NCBI GenBank assembly: GCA_965216875.1 | Contig: OZ244207.1 | Coordinates: 1,152,001-1,216,000 of the forward strand | From: Rubripirellula sp. | GTDB lineage: Bacteria > Planctomycetota > Planctomycetia > Pirellulales > Pirellulaceae | Direction of reading: 5' to 3' | DNA length: 64,000 nucleotides | Shown here: positions 10,285 through 19,676 of the stretch, one piece after another | Numbering within the stretch: the first letter of the stretch is position 1 | Layout: each line of letters begins with the position of its first letter | The notes under the pieces: model-generated | What the model was told of the DNA's origin: nothing | Databases searched by the model: none | Seen by the model: only the letters and a program-made list of their open reading frames with translations | Translations under genes and position numbers: made by a program

Positions 10285-10537
10285 GTAGGCCGGATCAAGG
10301 AGCGACAGCGACGCGGATCCGGCATGACCTACACGTTCGTAGCTACCTTCGCCAGAAGGTGGGTGTGTTGGTTGAGTGTGTTCCGCTGCTCCACGCTCTG
10401 GCGAGCGTAGCTACGTTGGGTCATGCGCGATTGGAGTCGAGTGTAGGGCCCGACGCTAGCGCGTTCGGCTCACTGTTTGTTGTGCCTAGGCGAAGGTAGC
10501 TACGTCTACGGGCTCTTCCGCCTAAAGGCGGGACTAC
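10285..10537. repeat. Stacked REP elements between convergent genes (several GTAG families plus one composite unit)
   Basis: GTAGGCCGGATC...GATCCGGC (10285-10323); ATGACCTAC remnant; composite unit ~10338-10505 matching 2265-2675; CCGCCTAAAGGCGGGACTAC (10518-10537). Confidence 0.85.
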
Positions 10538-10556
10538 GAACGCGGCTCACTGGGGA

Positions 10557-11465
10557 CTAGACGCTTGCGGCAGCTGAGCCGAGGCCGAATGCGAACAGGG
10601 TTTGACGCAGGCTTTCTTCGGCGGCATCTTCCAGCGGGGTCATTGGCAAACGCAATTCGCCGGTATCGCGGCCGACCATCTTCATGGCAGCTTTGACTGG
10701 GATGGGGTTGGTTGCCAAGCCGAGCATGTTGTTGCACAGTGCAAACAAACGGTGGTGCAGCTCGCGAGCCTTTTCGAAATCGCCGGCGGCGGCCGCTTGG
10801 ACCAGTTCCAACATCGGTGCGGGGACCAAGTTGGCAACGACCGAAATCACACCCTCGGCTCCGACACTCATCATCGGCAGGGTGAGGGAATCGTCACCGC
10901 TGAGGACGGTCAAGTCCGTTGTGCCGGCGATGGCTGAGCATTGATCAAGTTTGCCGGTCGCTTCTTTGACCATGGTGATGCCGGGAACATCGGCAAGTCG
11001 CTGGATCGTGGCGACATCGATTTCTTTTCCGGTGCGTCCGGGAATGTTGTAAACACAAACCGGAATGTCGACCGCTTCGGCAACCGCTTTGAAGTGTTGG
11101 TAAAAACCTTCTTGGGTTGGCTTGTTGTAGTAGGGAGCGACTTGCAACGTTGCATCTGCACCTTCGGCTGCGGCTCGTTTGGTCAGCCGCAATGCTTCTG
11201 CGGTGCTGTTGCTGCCGGTACCGGCCATCACTTTCGCACGACCTGCAACCGACTGGATCACTTCGGCGATTACTTTGTCGTGTTCGTCGTGCGATAGGGC
11301 GGGGGATTCGCCCGTGGTCCCAACTGGAACGATGCAGTTGGTGCCAGCAGCGATTTGAAATTCGATTTGTTCGCGGAGGCGAGCGTAGTCGACTTCGCCG
11401 TCGGCAAATGGAGTGATGATCGCGACCGATAGTCCGGCAAAATCGGAACCCTTGCGTTGGGCCAT
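10557..11465 (-). CDS. dapA: 4-hydroxy-tetrahydrodipicolinate synthase
   Basis: [25 protein letters not shown], Schiff-base lysine in VKEATG, LSGDD, NPIPVK. Start MAQRKG chosen. Confidence 0.96.
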   Translation of the reverse strand: MAQRKGSDFAGLSVAIITPFADGEVDYARLREQIEFQIAAGTNCIVPVGTTGESPALSHDEHDKVIAEVIQSVAGRAKVMAGTGSNSTAEALRLTKRAAAEGADATLQVAPYYNKPTQEGFYQHFKAVAEAVDIPVCVYNIPGRTGKEIDVATIQRLADVPGITMVKEATGKLDQCSAIAGTTDLTVLSGDDSLTLPMMSVGAEGVISVVANLVPAPMLELVQAAAAGDFEKARELHHRLFALCNNMLGLATNPIPVKAAMKMVGRDTGELRLPMTPLEDAAEESLRQTLFAFGLGSAAASV

Positions 11466-11704
11466 GTCTCGTTCTCTATTCGGGTTGGCTTGCGTTTCCA
11501 CGGTATTCTACGGATTCGAGCGTTTCTCACCAGCGGGTGGCTGCCCGCCCGCAGCGACTCGGACGTCCTGTCAGCTCTATCCAGACCTGACTTGTCGCGG
11601 CCAGGTTCGATGTTTGTGGCATGAGACACCGATTCACACGCCGCAACGGTGCCCAGGTGCAATGTTGTTGCCACGGTTGTCCCCATGATGGTTGTGTCCC
11701 GGTT

Positions 11705-11890
11705 GTTCCCCTAGCGCGAAGGGCGGAACAAGGACTGCCGGGGTCGTAAGACCCCGGGCCTGGATTCGAATATTGACTCAGCCCGGAGGGCGGCACAATT
11801 CGAATCTGTCGCCCTCCGGGCTGAATCGATTCTTGTTCGTATTCCGGTGGCTCACGCCACCGGCAGGCATATGTCGGCCTCCGGCCTAGG
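11705..11890. repeat. Palindromic REP-like cluster (AGCCC(C)GGAGGGCG.C / TGTCGCCCTCCGGGGCT family)
   Basis: Inverted pair CAGCCCGGAGGGCGGCACA...TGTCGCCCTCCGGGGCTG, flanked by hairpins CCGGGGTCGTAAGACCCCGG and CCGGTGGCTCACGCCACCGG. Confidence 0.7.
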
Positions 11891-12037
11891 TACTCCACTA
11901 CGCCGACCAGTGGCGTGAGTTGCCGTGGCATTTTGACGGCCCCGCGGGCGTGACGCGCCAGCTCGTTCGGCAATGGTATGGCTGACAAGCTAAGATGACT
12001 CCCCGACACATCCACCACCGCCATGGGAGCCTGCCTG

Positions 12038-13204
12038 ATGCCCAAACCATTGTTCCTTTGCGTTGCCCTGCTGCTTACGTCCGTTTGCTCGGGCGATGAC
12101 GTTCCTGAATTCAAATGGCGAACGCAGGAGATCGACAAGATCTCCATCGGCTATGGATTGCAAATGGCCGACGTCAACGGTGACGGCAAGACGGACATCG
12201 TGTTGGCTGATAAGAAAACCATCCAGTGGTATGAGAGCCCAACGTGGGAAAAGCATGTAATCGTGTCTGACTTGACCAAGCGCGACAACGTTTGCATCAC
12301 TGCCCGAGATATTGATGGCGACGGTAAATGCGAAATCGCAGTTGGCGGCCAGTGGAACTTTCGAGAAACAATCAAAGACGGCGCGGTTTTCTATCTGATT
12401 CCTCCTGAAGACCGAACGCAGAAGTGGACGCCCGTCGAACTGCATCACGAACCGAGCGTTCATCGCATGCATTGGGTCAAGTCGCCGACCGATTTCAAAC
12501 TCGTCGTCAAACCACTTCGAGGGCGAGGCAGTGTGGATGGAGACGGGGCTGGCATTCGCGTTCTGGAATACCACGTCCCCGAGAATCAAAAGGGAGATTG
12601 GAAATACGATGTGATCTGTGAGTTCATGCACTTGTCACACAATTTCCACCCGGTGAATTGGGACGACGATCCTGAAGAGGAGTTGATCATCGCCGGCAAA
12701 GAGGGCGTTTGGCATTTCGATCGCGATCAGGGCAAGGGGGATTGGATCGCGACGCAATTGACCGATGAGTTCGCCGGTGAGATTCGCGACGGCAAACTTC
12801 CCAACGGCAAACGTTTCATCGTGACCATCGAGCCGATGCACGGCTTCAAGTCGGCCGTCTATGTCCAGCCTGACAACAAAGGCGACCGCTGGCAGCTCGT
12901 GAAAGTGCTTGACGAGCAATTGAAAGATGGGCACGCGATTGCAGTGGCCGATTATCTCGGTGTCGGCAGCGATCAGATCGTGGTTGGTTGGCGAGCGATG
13001 AACGCGCCCGGCGTTCCCGGCGTCAAGCTCTTCGCACCACTCGATTCGAATGGGGCGAAGTGGCGTCCGACGCAGCTGTCGGCGGAGGAAGTCGCGGTCG
13101 AAGACATCAAAGCCGCGGACTTGAACGGCGACGGAAAAGTGGACATCGTCGCCGCGGCAAGACAGACCAAGAATTTGGTCGTGTTCTTTAACGAGACGGA
13201 GTAG
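12038..13204 (+). CDS. Secreted FG-GAP/VCBS beta-propeller protein, aldos-2-ulose dehydratase propeller-like
   Basis: Signal peptide; DVNGDGKTD, DIDGDGKCE and DLNGDGKVD repeats; His motifs PSVHR, HLSHN, EPMHG and DGHAI. Confidence 0.8.
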   Translation: MPKPLFLCVALLLTSVCSGDDVPEFKWRTQEIDKISIGYGLQMADVNGDGKTDIVLADKKTIQWYESPTWEKHVIVSDLTKRDNVCITARDIDGDGKCEIAVGGQWNFRETIKDGAVFYLIPPEDRTQKWTPVELHHEPSVHRMHWVKSPTDFKLVVKPLRGRGSVDGDGAGIRVLEYHVPENQKGDWKYDVICEFMHLSHNFHPVNWDDDPEEELIIAGKEGVWHFDRDQGKGDWIATQLTDEFAGEIRDGKLPNGKRFIVTIEPMHGFKSAVYVQPDNKGDRWQLVKVLDEQLKDGHAIAVADYLGVGSDQIVVGWRAMNAPGVPGVKLFAPLDSNGAKWRPTQLSAEEVAVEDIKAADLNGDGKVDIVAAARQTKNLVVFFNETE

Positions 13205-13255
13205 GGCGTCGACATTGGGTGCGTGCTCGCACGCACCCAACGCAATCGTTGCTCG

Positions 13256-14050
13256 CTACTCGATTGGGCGTTCTTCGCCTTTGTTGTTTCGCAAGAAGGG
13301 ATCGCGTTCCTGTTCGCCTTCGGCTGCCTTGAATTCGCGGAGCCAAATGTTTCGGAAACGCACAGGGTTGCCGTGATCCTGGAGCGAGATTGGGCCCGTT
13401 TCGCCATGCTTGCTGTACGCAGGAGGTCGGTTGTAGGGCGTGTCCCCTTTGAGCTCGAAGTGATTCAAGATCAAGACGCCGTTGTGAACCGCAGTGATGT
13501 AGGCGGGTGATTTGAGCGAGCCATCTTCGTTGAATCGCGGTGCAGTCCAAAAGATGTCGTAGGTGTTCCAGTCGCCCGGTTTGCGCATCGCATTGACCGC
13601 TGGTGGCGTTTGCTTGTAGATCGCGCCCGCTTGGCCATCAAAGTAGGTTTGGTTGTCGTACGAATCGAGCACTTGGATTTCGTAACGCCCCATCAAGAAG
13701 ACACCGCTGTTGCCGCGTCCTTGGCCGTTGCCTTTGACGGGCACGGGGGCTGACCATTCAATGTGCAGTTGGCAGTCGCCAAATTGGTCTTTGGTGACGA
13801 CCTGGCCCTTGCCGCTACTGACGATGCCATCTTTGACCGGCCAGTTTTCGCCGTTCTTCCACTTCGACATGTCAGTGCCGTCAAAAAGGATGATGGCATC
13901 CGATGGTGGCGAGGCGTTCGATTCGCCTGGATCGACGACGGCGGGTTCTTTCCATTTGATTCCGTTGAGGTATTCGTCTGCGGTGGCAGTGCTGACGACG
14001 GCTGTAAAGCAGGCAGTCATGATCGCAATCGTAAAGTGGCGGGCCGACAT
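13256..14050 (-). CDS. DUF1080 family (3-keto-disaccharide hydrolase-like) secreted protein
   Basis: Signal peptide; PPSDAIILFDG, FGDCQLHIEW, RGNSGVF, YEIQVLDS, GPISLQDHGNPVRFRNIW. The start may be 14086. Confidence 0.9.
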   Translation of the reverse strand: MSARHFTIAIMTACFTAVVSTATADEYLNGIKWKEPAVVDPGESNASPPSDAIILFDGTDMSKWKNGENWPVKDGIVSSGKGQVVTKDQFGDCQLHIEWSAPVPVKGNGQGRGNSGVFLMGRYEIQVLDSYDNQTYFDGQAGAIYKQTPPAVNAMRKPGDWNTYDIFWTAPRFNEDGSLKSPAYITAVHNGVLILNHFELKGDTPYNRPPAYSKHGETGPISLQDHGNPVRFRNIWLREFKAAEGEQERDPFLRNNKGEERPIE

Positions 14051-14208
14051 CGATAGGAAACCTTGGCTAAGGGGTGTTGAGGTCATGGGCAGGCGCGAGC
14101 GGAGGTCGCATTCCGCTAACGAAGTGGGGAAGTATGATTGGCCCGCGCACGCCGATCAAGCATGCCCCACACCAAACGATTTCAGCGCCATCGATCTGCG
14201 GCCAAGAA

Positions 14209-15111
14209 TCACGCCTGGGACGGACCATCGGAGTGCGAGCCGGGGCTTTTTGCAATTGCGATTGCGATTCCACCAATCACGGCCAAATTGGCTGCTAGTA
14301 ATCCAGCGATGACCGATGGCACTTTGGACACGCCGTAGCTGTGGATTTCAGTCGCATACGACGACGCCAAAACATACGAAAGTGCGATCATCCAAAACGC
14401 GACTGCGGCGACGGCACCGCCGCGAACCGATTGCCCAGCGGATGGACGGGATTGTGGCGGCATACTCAAAACCCACAAACCCGAAAGTGCGAGCGTGACG
14501 AGCGCGAACCCTTCACGAGGATCCCACCGCCAAGGTTGTCCCCAGCTGAATTGTGCCCACACGCATCCAAGCAGAACGCCGACTGCATAGAACGCGATCG
14601 CGCCTCGCAGCAAACGCCTTTCCCAGCGGCGGCAAGACAATTCCAACGCCGCCCTTCGCAATGAGCCAAGCAACGCAATCTGTGCCAACAGGTAAGCCAG
14701 CACCATACCAAGCAAGCCGCCAAGCAAAGCAAAAACGTGAAGCATCAACAGAAAACGCATCGGGCCGCTGACCAAACCCTCGATGCCGACGTCGGTCGTA
14801 GCGGGCGCTTCGACATCGACGTTGGACCTGCTGTAGTCGTTGGCGATGTTGGCCCAAGCCGATGTCTGTGATCCAAGCAGCAAACAAAAGAACAACATCG
14901 AGGCGGCGATCGAAACGAGCATCCGGAGTTTCCAAGAACGCACTGCTGGAGATGGCACCGTCGAATGGACGCTAGGGGCAGCGCGGGACAGTCGTCTTGC
15001 GATTTCGGCACAGGCTTGATCGGTTGGCATGGACGACAGCATGACATGAAGTGCATTGGAAACGGAGGCATCAAGTTCATCGCGGTACTTCACAGGATTG
15101 GAGTGATTCAC
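14209..15111 (-). CDS. Anti-sigma-like membrane protein fused to a CcsA/ResC-like (WWD) heme-handling domain
   Basis: GTG 1 nt after the ECF stop, preceded by GAGAGG. Soluble N-terminus plus TM ending in 'SAWA', then LHV, WAQFSWGQPWRWDPRE and IHSYG; about 6 TM helices. Confidence 0.8.
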   Translation of the reverse strand: MNHSNPVKYRDELDASVSNALHVMLSSMPTDQACAEIARRLSRAAPSVHSTVPSPAVRSWKLRMLVSIAASMLFFCLLLGSQTSAWANIANDYSRSNVDVEAPATTDVGIEGLVSGPMRFLLMLHVFALLGGLLGMVLAYLLAQIALLGSLRRAALELSCRRWERRLLRGAIAFYAVGVLLGCVWAQFSWGQPWRWDPREGFALVTLALSGLWVLSMPPQSRPSAGQSVRGGAVAAVAFWMIALSYVLASSYATEIHSYGVSKVPSVIAGLLAANLAVIGGIAIAIAKSPGSHSDGPSQA

Positions 15112-15112
15112 T

Positions 15113-15649
15113 TTAAGCCTCTCGGTTTTCGGAGAACTCATGCGCGAGTGACTCGCGCAGATTGTTTCGTGCCTTGTAGAGCGCGGTCGAAACGGCGCTC
15201 TCGGAGATCTCGAGATAGGTCGCAATTCTCGCGTTGGACATGCCTTCGATGTGTCGTAACGCAAAGCACCTTGCTTGACGGTCAGGCAAGGCAGCGATCG
15301 CGGCTTGCATGATCGCAATTTGTTCGTCCACTTCGATGGAGCTGGAAAGGGGCGTTTCGACGGGATGTTGGTTTACATCAAGGGGTGACGGCGTCTTGCG
15401 GCGACGCAATTGATCGATCGCCCGAAGTGTCGTCATGTGACTCAGCAATCCAATCTCGGGAAGTTGATCGCTTTTCTGGGAATGCCGGTAAGCTTCGAGC
15501 AGCACTTCTTGGGTGATGTCCTCAGCCTCGGCGGCATCGTGCAGGATTCGGTAGGCCGCTCGGAATAGCTGTTTGCTGTGGTTCGATACGAGCTGCTGCC
15601 ATGTCACGGGTGGGCGCCAAGGAGTCGAGTGTTTCAGTGGGCGGTTCAA
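15113..15649 (-). CDS. ECF RNA polymerase sigma factor
   Basis: Region 2 'LFRAAYRILHDAAEAEDITQEV...AIDQLRRR'; region 4 'LPDRQARCFALRHIEGMSNARIATYLEISESAVSTALYKARNNL'. Start is TTG 15649 or GTG 15607. Confidence 0.92.
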   Translation of the reverse strand: MNRPLKHSTPWRPPVTWQQLVSNHSKQLFRAAYRILHDAAEAEDITQEVLLEAYRHSQKSDQLPEIGLLSHMTTLRAIDQLRRRKTPSPLDVNQHPVETPLSSSIEVDEQIAIMQAAIAALPDRQARCFALRHIEGMSNARIATYLEISESAVSTALYKARNNLRESLAHEFSENREA

Positions 15650-15883
15650 AAGAGAATCGAGCGCCGACGACGAATGTCACCCCAAAACGAGAAAAAAGCG
15701 TGACGCAGCGTCGCGCTTCGATCAAATCGACGCGTGCACCTCGCGTCAGTCTGGAACGATCATCACGATCTTGCGTTGCCGATGATTGCTCCGGCAGTCG
15801 AGTGGTGTGCAGCGACGATGGTTGTTTTCAGAGCGTCAGAATGGAGTTTGACGTGTCGTTTTGGGGCGGATGGATCGTTAGAT

Positions 15884-17026
15884 ATGGCTGGGTCTCGTTA
15901 CCACTGGTTGTTGTTTGCATGCGGCATCGCGAGCCTGATCGTGCCGGCGTCGAAGTTGCAAGCCGGCGATGCGTCGGGCAACGTATCGATGGCATCGATC
16001 TGCGACGGGTATTCGTTTGGGTCCTGGCAGCTTCCCGCGCAAACCCCGGCCACCGCCCAAACTCTGCCGCAAGCCGCCATCGCCGCTCGCGCTGAACCTG
16101 CCATGGAGCGTCCTGTTTTGACGAAGCGGCTCAACCCGGTCACGCGTCGTTGGCGAGCAAACGCCGGATTCGAGTTTGGTTGGTTGCAGCCTCGCTTTTC
16201 TGAAAACGTTGCCGCCATCGTGACGAGGCCAACGGGGAATCGAGTCCTCGCGTATGACTTTGAACACGAATTGACGCCGCGCGTTTGGGTTGGCATTGAA
16301 AACTGCAATCGGGTCGGGCTCCGAGCCGGCTACTGGTACTTTGAAACCGACGCACCCACTGGCGTGTATCAGGCCACGGCTGGCTACGCCCCCATCTCAC
16401 GCACGATCGTTGGTGCATCGGGAGGACTGAGCCGAATGGCGGTTGCCAACGTCGGTGATGCGATGACGACCAACCATCATCTCGAAGCAAAAACGATCGA
16501 GCTTGAACTGACCAAACGGATCGTTCATCGGCGCGGCGATTGGACAGCAGCGCTGGGGCTACAGTACGCAAAGGTCGATCAGCGATCCCATGCGGTTGCG
16601 ACCGACGGTGTCGGAGCACTCACCGAACTCGTTTGTCAGGACATCCTGATCGACGGTTTCGGGCCAACGCTGGCAGCTGCGTGCAACCACCGCCTGTTTT
16701 GTTGCGATGGTCCGCTTCGCGGATTGGGCATTTACGGCCACGGACGAACGTCACTGTTGTTTGGACGGACGGAACAGGAGATCGTGTTGGTGACAGGGGG
16801 CGGAGCAGGGTTGGCCGAAGACGATCATCAGCAGGATAGTTTCCTGCCAATCATTTCGGTCGGCGGCGGCCTGCGTTGGATGAGTCAACCGCGTGGGTTT
16901 GGATCGATTGAGTTGAAGACCGGTTATCGCGGCGAAAGTTGGTTCAGTGTTGGCGGACCTTCCGATTTCGACAGCAACCTCGGATTCCACGGCGTCACCT
17001 TTTCGATCGCCTGGTGGCGCGCCTAG
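15884..17026 (+). CDS. Outer-membrane beta-barrel protein (Lpg1974/BBP7-like planctomycete porin)
   Basis: Signal-like N-terminus; amphipathic strands (TPRVWVG, GLRAGYWYF, GFGPTL, SLLFG); C-terminal 'LGFHGVTFSIAWWR' beta-signal. Confidence 0.75.
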   Translation: MAGSRYHWLLFACGIASLIVPASKLQAGDASGNVSMASICDGYSFGSWQLPAQTPATAQTLPQAAIAARAEPAMERPVLTKRLNPVTRRWRANAGFEFGWLQPRFSENVAAIVTRPTGNRVLAYDFEHELTPRVWVGIENCNRVGLRAGYWYFETDAPTGVYQATAGYAPISRTIVGASGGLSRMAVANVGDAMTTNHHLEAKTIELELTKRIVHRRGDWTAALGLQYAKVDQRSHAVATDGVGALTELVCQDILIDGFGPTLAAACNHRLFCCDGPLRGLGIYGHGRTSLLFGRTEQEIVLVTGGGAGLAEDDHQQDSFLPIISVGGGLRWMSQPRGFGSIELKTGYRGESWFSVGGPSDFDSNLGFHGVTFSIAWWRA

Positions 17027-17054
17027 CAGCGCACGACCACGCTCCGCGTCGTTC

Positions 17055-17271
17055 GTAGGTCATGCTCTGCATGACGGCCGTTGGTATTGCGTGTTGGAGT
17101 GTGCAAGGGCCGGCCGCTTACGCGTTCGGCTCACCGTAACTACAGCCTCTGCCCGTAGCTACCTTCGCCAGAAGGTGGTTCGTGACGGCAGACCGCTATC
17201 CCTTTTCCCACGCTCTGGCGAGCGTAGCTACGAGAGATCTGCAAGGCCCGACGCTAGCGCGTTCGGCTCAC
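17055..17271. repeat. Composite REP cluster between convergent genes
   Basis: GTAGGTCATGCTCTGCATGAC, GGCCCGGCCGCTTACGCGTTCGGCTCAC, a REP doublet ~17154-17232 and GGCCCGACGCTAGCGCGTTCGGCTCAC. Confidence 0.85.
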
Positions 17272-18050
17272 TTTAAGTCGACTTTGCGCTCGAATCGCTC
17301 CACGCTCTTTGCTCGGCCTTCGTCGTTGGATTCAACGAGCGCTCCGCAAAGACGCACGTCCCCTGTGGCGACATGGAAATGACAGGGCTCAAACGTGCGT
17401 GTCGTGTGAGTGACCCGTTCAATGTCGCGACCGATGATGCTGTAGTACGGGCCGCACATCCCGACGTCACATTGAAAGGCTGTCCCGCCGGGAAGCACGC
17501 AGGTGTCTGCCGTCGGGACGTGAGTGTGCGTTCCAAAGACCGCGGTCACTTTGCCGTCGAGGTACCGACCGATCACTTGTTTGTCGCTCGTTGCCTCGGC
17601 GTGGATGTCGACGAGCACGTGATCGGTTTGGTCGCCAATCTCTTCGAGCGCTCGATCGACCGCGTCAAAGGGACAATCGACGGGCCGCATGTAGACACGT
17701 CCGAGCAGTGAGATGACCGCGATTGGCCCGGCGGGAGTGTCGACCATCGCCCACGTTCTTCCTGAGGCCTGGCTGGGGTAGTTTGCCGGTTTGACGATTC
17801 GCGAGTCTTTTTCGAGCACGCTGACGATTTCTTTGCGACGGTAGATGTGATCGCCCAGCGTGACCGCATCAACACCGACTTCCATCAGACGCTGGAATTG
17901 GCGTGGCATTAGGCCGGAGCCGTCGGATGCGTTTTCTGCGTTGACCACCAATGCGTCAAGCTTCAATTCGTCGCGCAGAGGCTGCGCTTCGCGAAGCACT
18001 GCGCTGTAGCCAGGTTTGCCGACGATGTCGCCGAGGAAGAGAATCCGCAT
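17268..18050 (-). CDS. ymdB: YmdB/TIGR00282 family metallophosphoesterase
   Basis: MRILFLGDIVGKPG, NAENA, TLGDH, DIHAEATSDK, GTHTHVPTAD, DVGMCGPY. Confidence 0.93.
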   Translation of the reverse strand: MRILFLGDIVGKPGYSAVLREAQPLRDELKLDALVVNAENASDGSGLMPRQFQRLMEVGVDAVTLGDHIYRRKEIVSVLEKDSRIVKPANYPSQASGRTWAMVDTPAGPIAVISLLGRVYMRPVDCPFDAVDRALEEIGDQTDHVLVDIHAEATSDKQVIGRYLDGKVTAVFGTHTHVPTADTCVLPGGTAFQCDVGMCGPYYSIIGRDIERVTHTTRTFEPCHFHVATGDVRLCGALVESNDEGRAKSVERFERKVDLK

Positions 18051-18343
18051 TCGAAATGACGGGTTGGAAAAGGGAATAAGAAGAGAGTGTGAAGCAGTGT
18101 AGGGGATGGCAGGCGGTTGGGCGACGCCGTTTGGGGGACTATACGAAAGTAGTGCCCAACTGGGGGAGATGAACTTTGGTCGACTAAAATGTGTCTGTTT
18201 CCCGCTCGGTTTCACGCCAAGAATCAGCCCGCGAGCAATCGCGGGGCAAGATCACCGTTGACCCCTGAAGGTCGTTTATCGAGAATCGGACCGAGTCTTC
18301 GTATATTGCCATAATTGCCCTCCGTTCCCCAATCCGACTGCGA

Positions 18344-19621
18344 ATGTCCACCACTGTCACCGAAGCCAACTTGGAATCCTATTGCCGCGAAACCGCCGAG
18401 GCGGCCAAGGAGGCTTCGTATGAATTGGCAATGCTGGACGCAAGCGTCAAGAACGCTTGGCTCGATGCGTCAGCCGCTGCGTTGATCGAAGCGACCGATG
18501 CCATTTTGGAAGCCAATGCGAAAGACATCGAGATGGCGCCCCAGTACGGTTTGACCGATGCGATGGTCGATCGGCTGAGACTTGATCCGGAACGCATCAA
18601 GGGGATCGCCCAGGCGCTGAACGAAATTGCACTTCTGCCGGACCCCGTTGGCGAAGTGATGGATGGGTTCACACGACCGGGTGGTTTGCAGATTCAAAAG
18701 AAACGCGTGCCGCTTGGCGTTGTGTTTTTCATCTATGAGAGCCGGCCAAACGTTACCGCCGATGCGGCTGCGATCTGCGTCAAGAGTGGCAACGCCGTCA
18801 TCCTGAGAGGTGGCAAAGAGGCGATCCACAGCAGTCAAGCGATCGTCAATGTTCTGAGTGCGACCGCAAAACAATACGGTGTTCCCGAAGCGGCCGTGCA
18901 GCTTGTGGCGACCACCGACCGAGCCGCGGTTGGGCAATTCTTGGAAATGAACGATCTGATTGACGTCACGATCCCACGAGGTGGCGAGGGCCTAATTCGC
19001 CGCGTCACTGCCGACGCGACCATGCCCGTGATCAAACACTACGACGGCAACTGTCACGTGTACGTTGACCAATCCGCCGACGTGGCGATGGCTGCGACCG
19101 TGATTGAAAATGCGAAGTGCCAACGGATGGGCGTCTGCAACGCGTGCGAATCGCTTCTGGTACACAAAGCGATCGCTGCCGACGCATTGCCAGCGATCGC
19201 CGCCAAGCTACGCGAGCAAGGGATCGAGATGCGTGGTGACGATCAAGTCACTTCGATCCTGGATGACGCACTACCCGCGACCGACGAAGATTGGTCCGCT
19301 GAATACCTTGGTCCGACGATCAGCATCGCGGTTGTCGATTCGTTGCAGGACGCTGCGAAACACATCAACCGATATGGTTCCCACCACACCGATGCGATTG
19401 TGACGGCTGACCTAAAGGCCGCCGATCAATTCACGCGGTTGGTGGACAGTTCGGCGGTCATGGTCAACGCGAGCACGCGGTTCAACGACGGCGGTGTGTT
19501 TGGCCTCGGAGCCGAGATCGGCATTTCAACGGATAAATTTCACGCTCGCGGGCCATGCGGTTTGCGCGAGTTGACGACGTACAAGTTCATTGTTCACGGG
19601 GACGGTCACGTACGTAGCTAG
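18344..19621 (+). CDS. proA: Gamma-glutamyl phosphate reductase
   Basis: [66 protein letters not shown]. Confidence 0.97.
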   Translation: MSTTVTEANLESYCRETAEAAKEASYELAMLDASVKNAWLDASAAALIEATDAILEANAKDIEMAPQYGLTDAMVDRLRLDPERIKGIAQALNEIALLPDPVGEVMDGFTRPGGLQIQKKRVPLGVVFFIYESRPNVTADAAAICVKSGNAVILRGGKEAIHSSQAIVNVLSATAKQYGVPEAAVQLVATTDRAAVGQFLEMNDLIDVTIPRGGEGLIRRVTADATMPVIKHYDGNCHVYVDQSADVAMAATVIENAKCQRMGVCNACESLLVHKAIAADALPAIAAKLREQGIEMRGDDQVTSILDDALPATDEDWSAEYLGPTISIAVVDSLQDAAKHINRYGSHHTDAIVTADLKAADQFTRLVDSSAVMVNASTRFNDGGVFGLGAEIGISTDKFHARGPCGLRELTTYKFIVHGDGHVRS

Positions 19622-19676
19622 TCTGCACAAGAGCGTACGGCCGCCAATCCAAGGATAGGGGAGCGGGACAAAGGAT

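Noticed and set aside
11466..11700. Lysine riboswitch upstream of dapA
   Set aside because: I could not find the conserved lysine-riboswitch core or a terminator; a TAGAAT -10-like element lies close to the gene, leaving too short a leader.
14209..15111. Ordinary ccsA of a cytochrome c maturation operon
   Set aside because: No ccsB/resB, resA or ccdA nearby, the transmembrane His is missing, and the gene is coupled to an ECF sigma. Reported as a finding instead.
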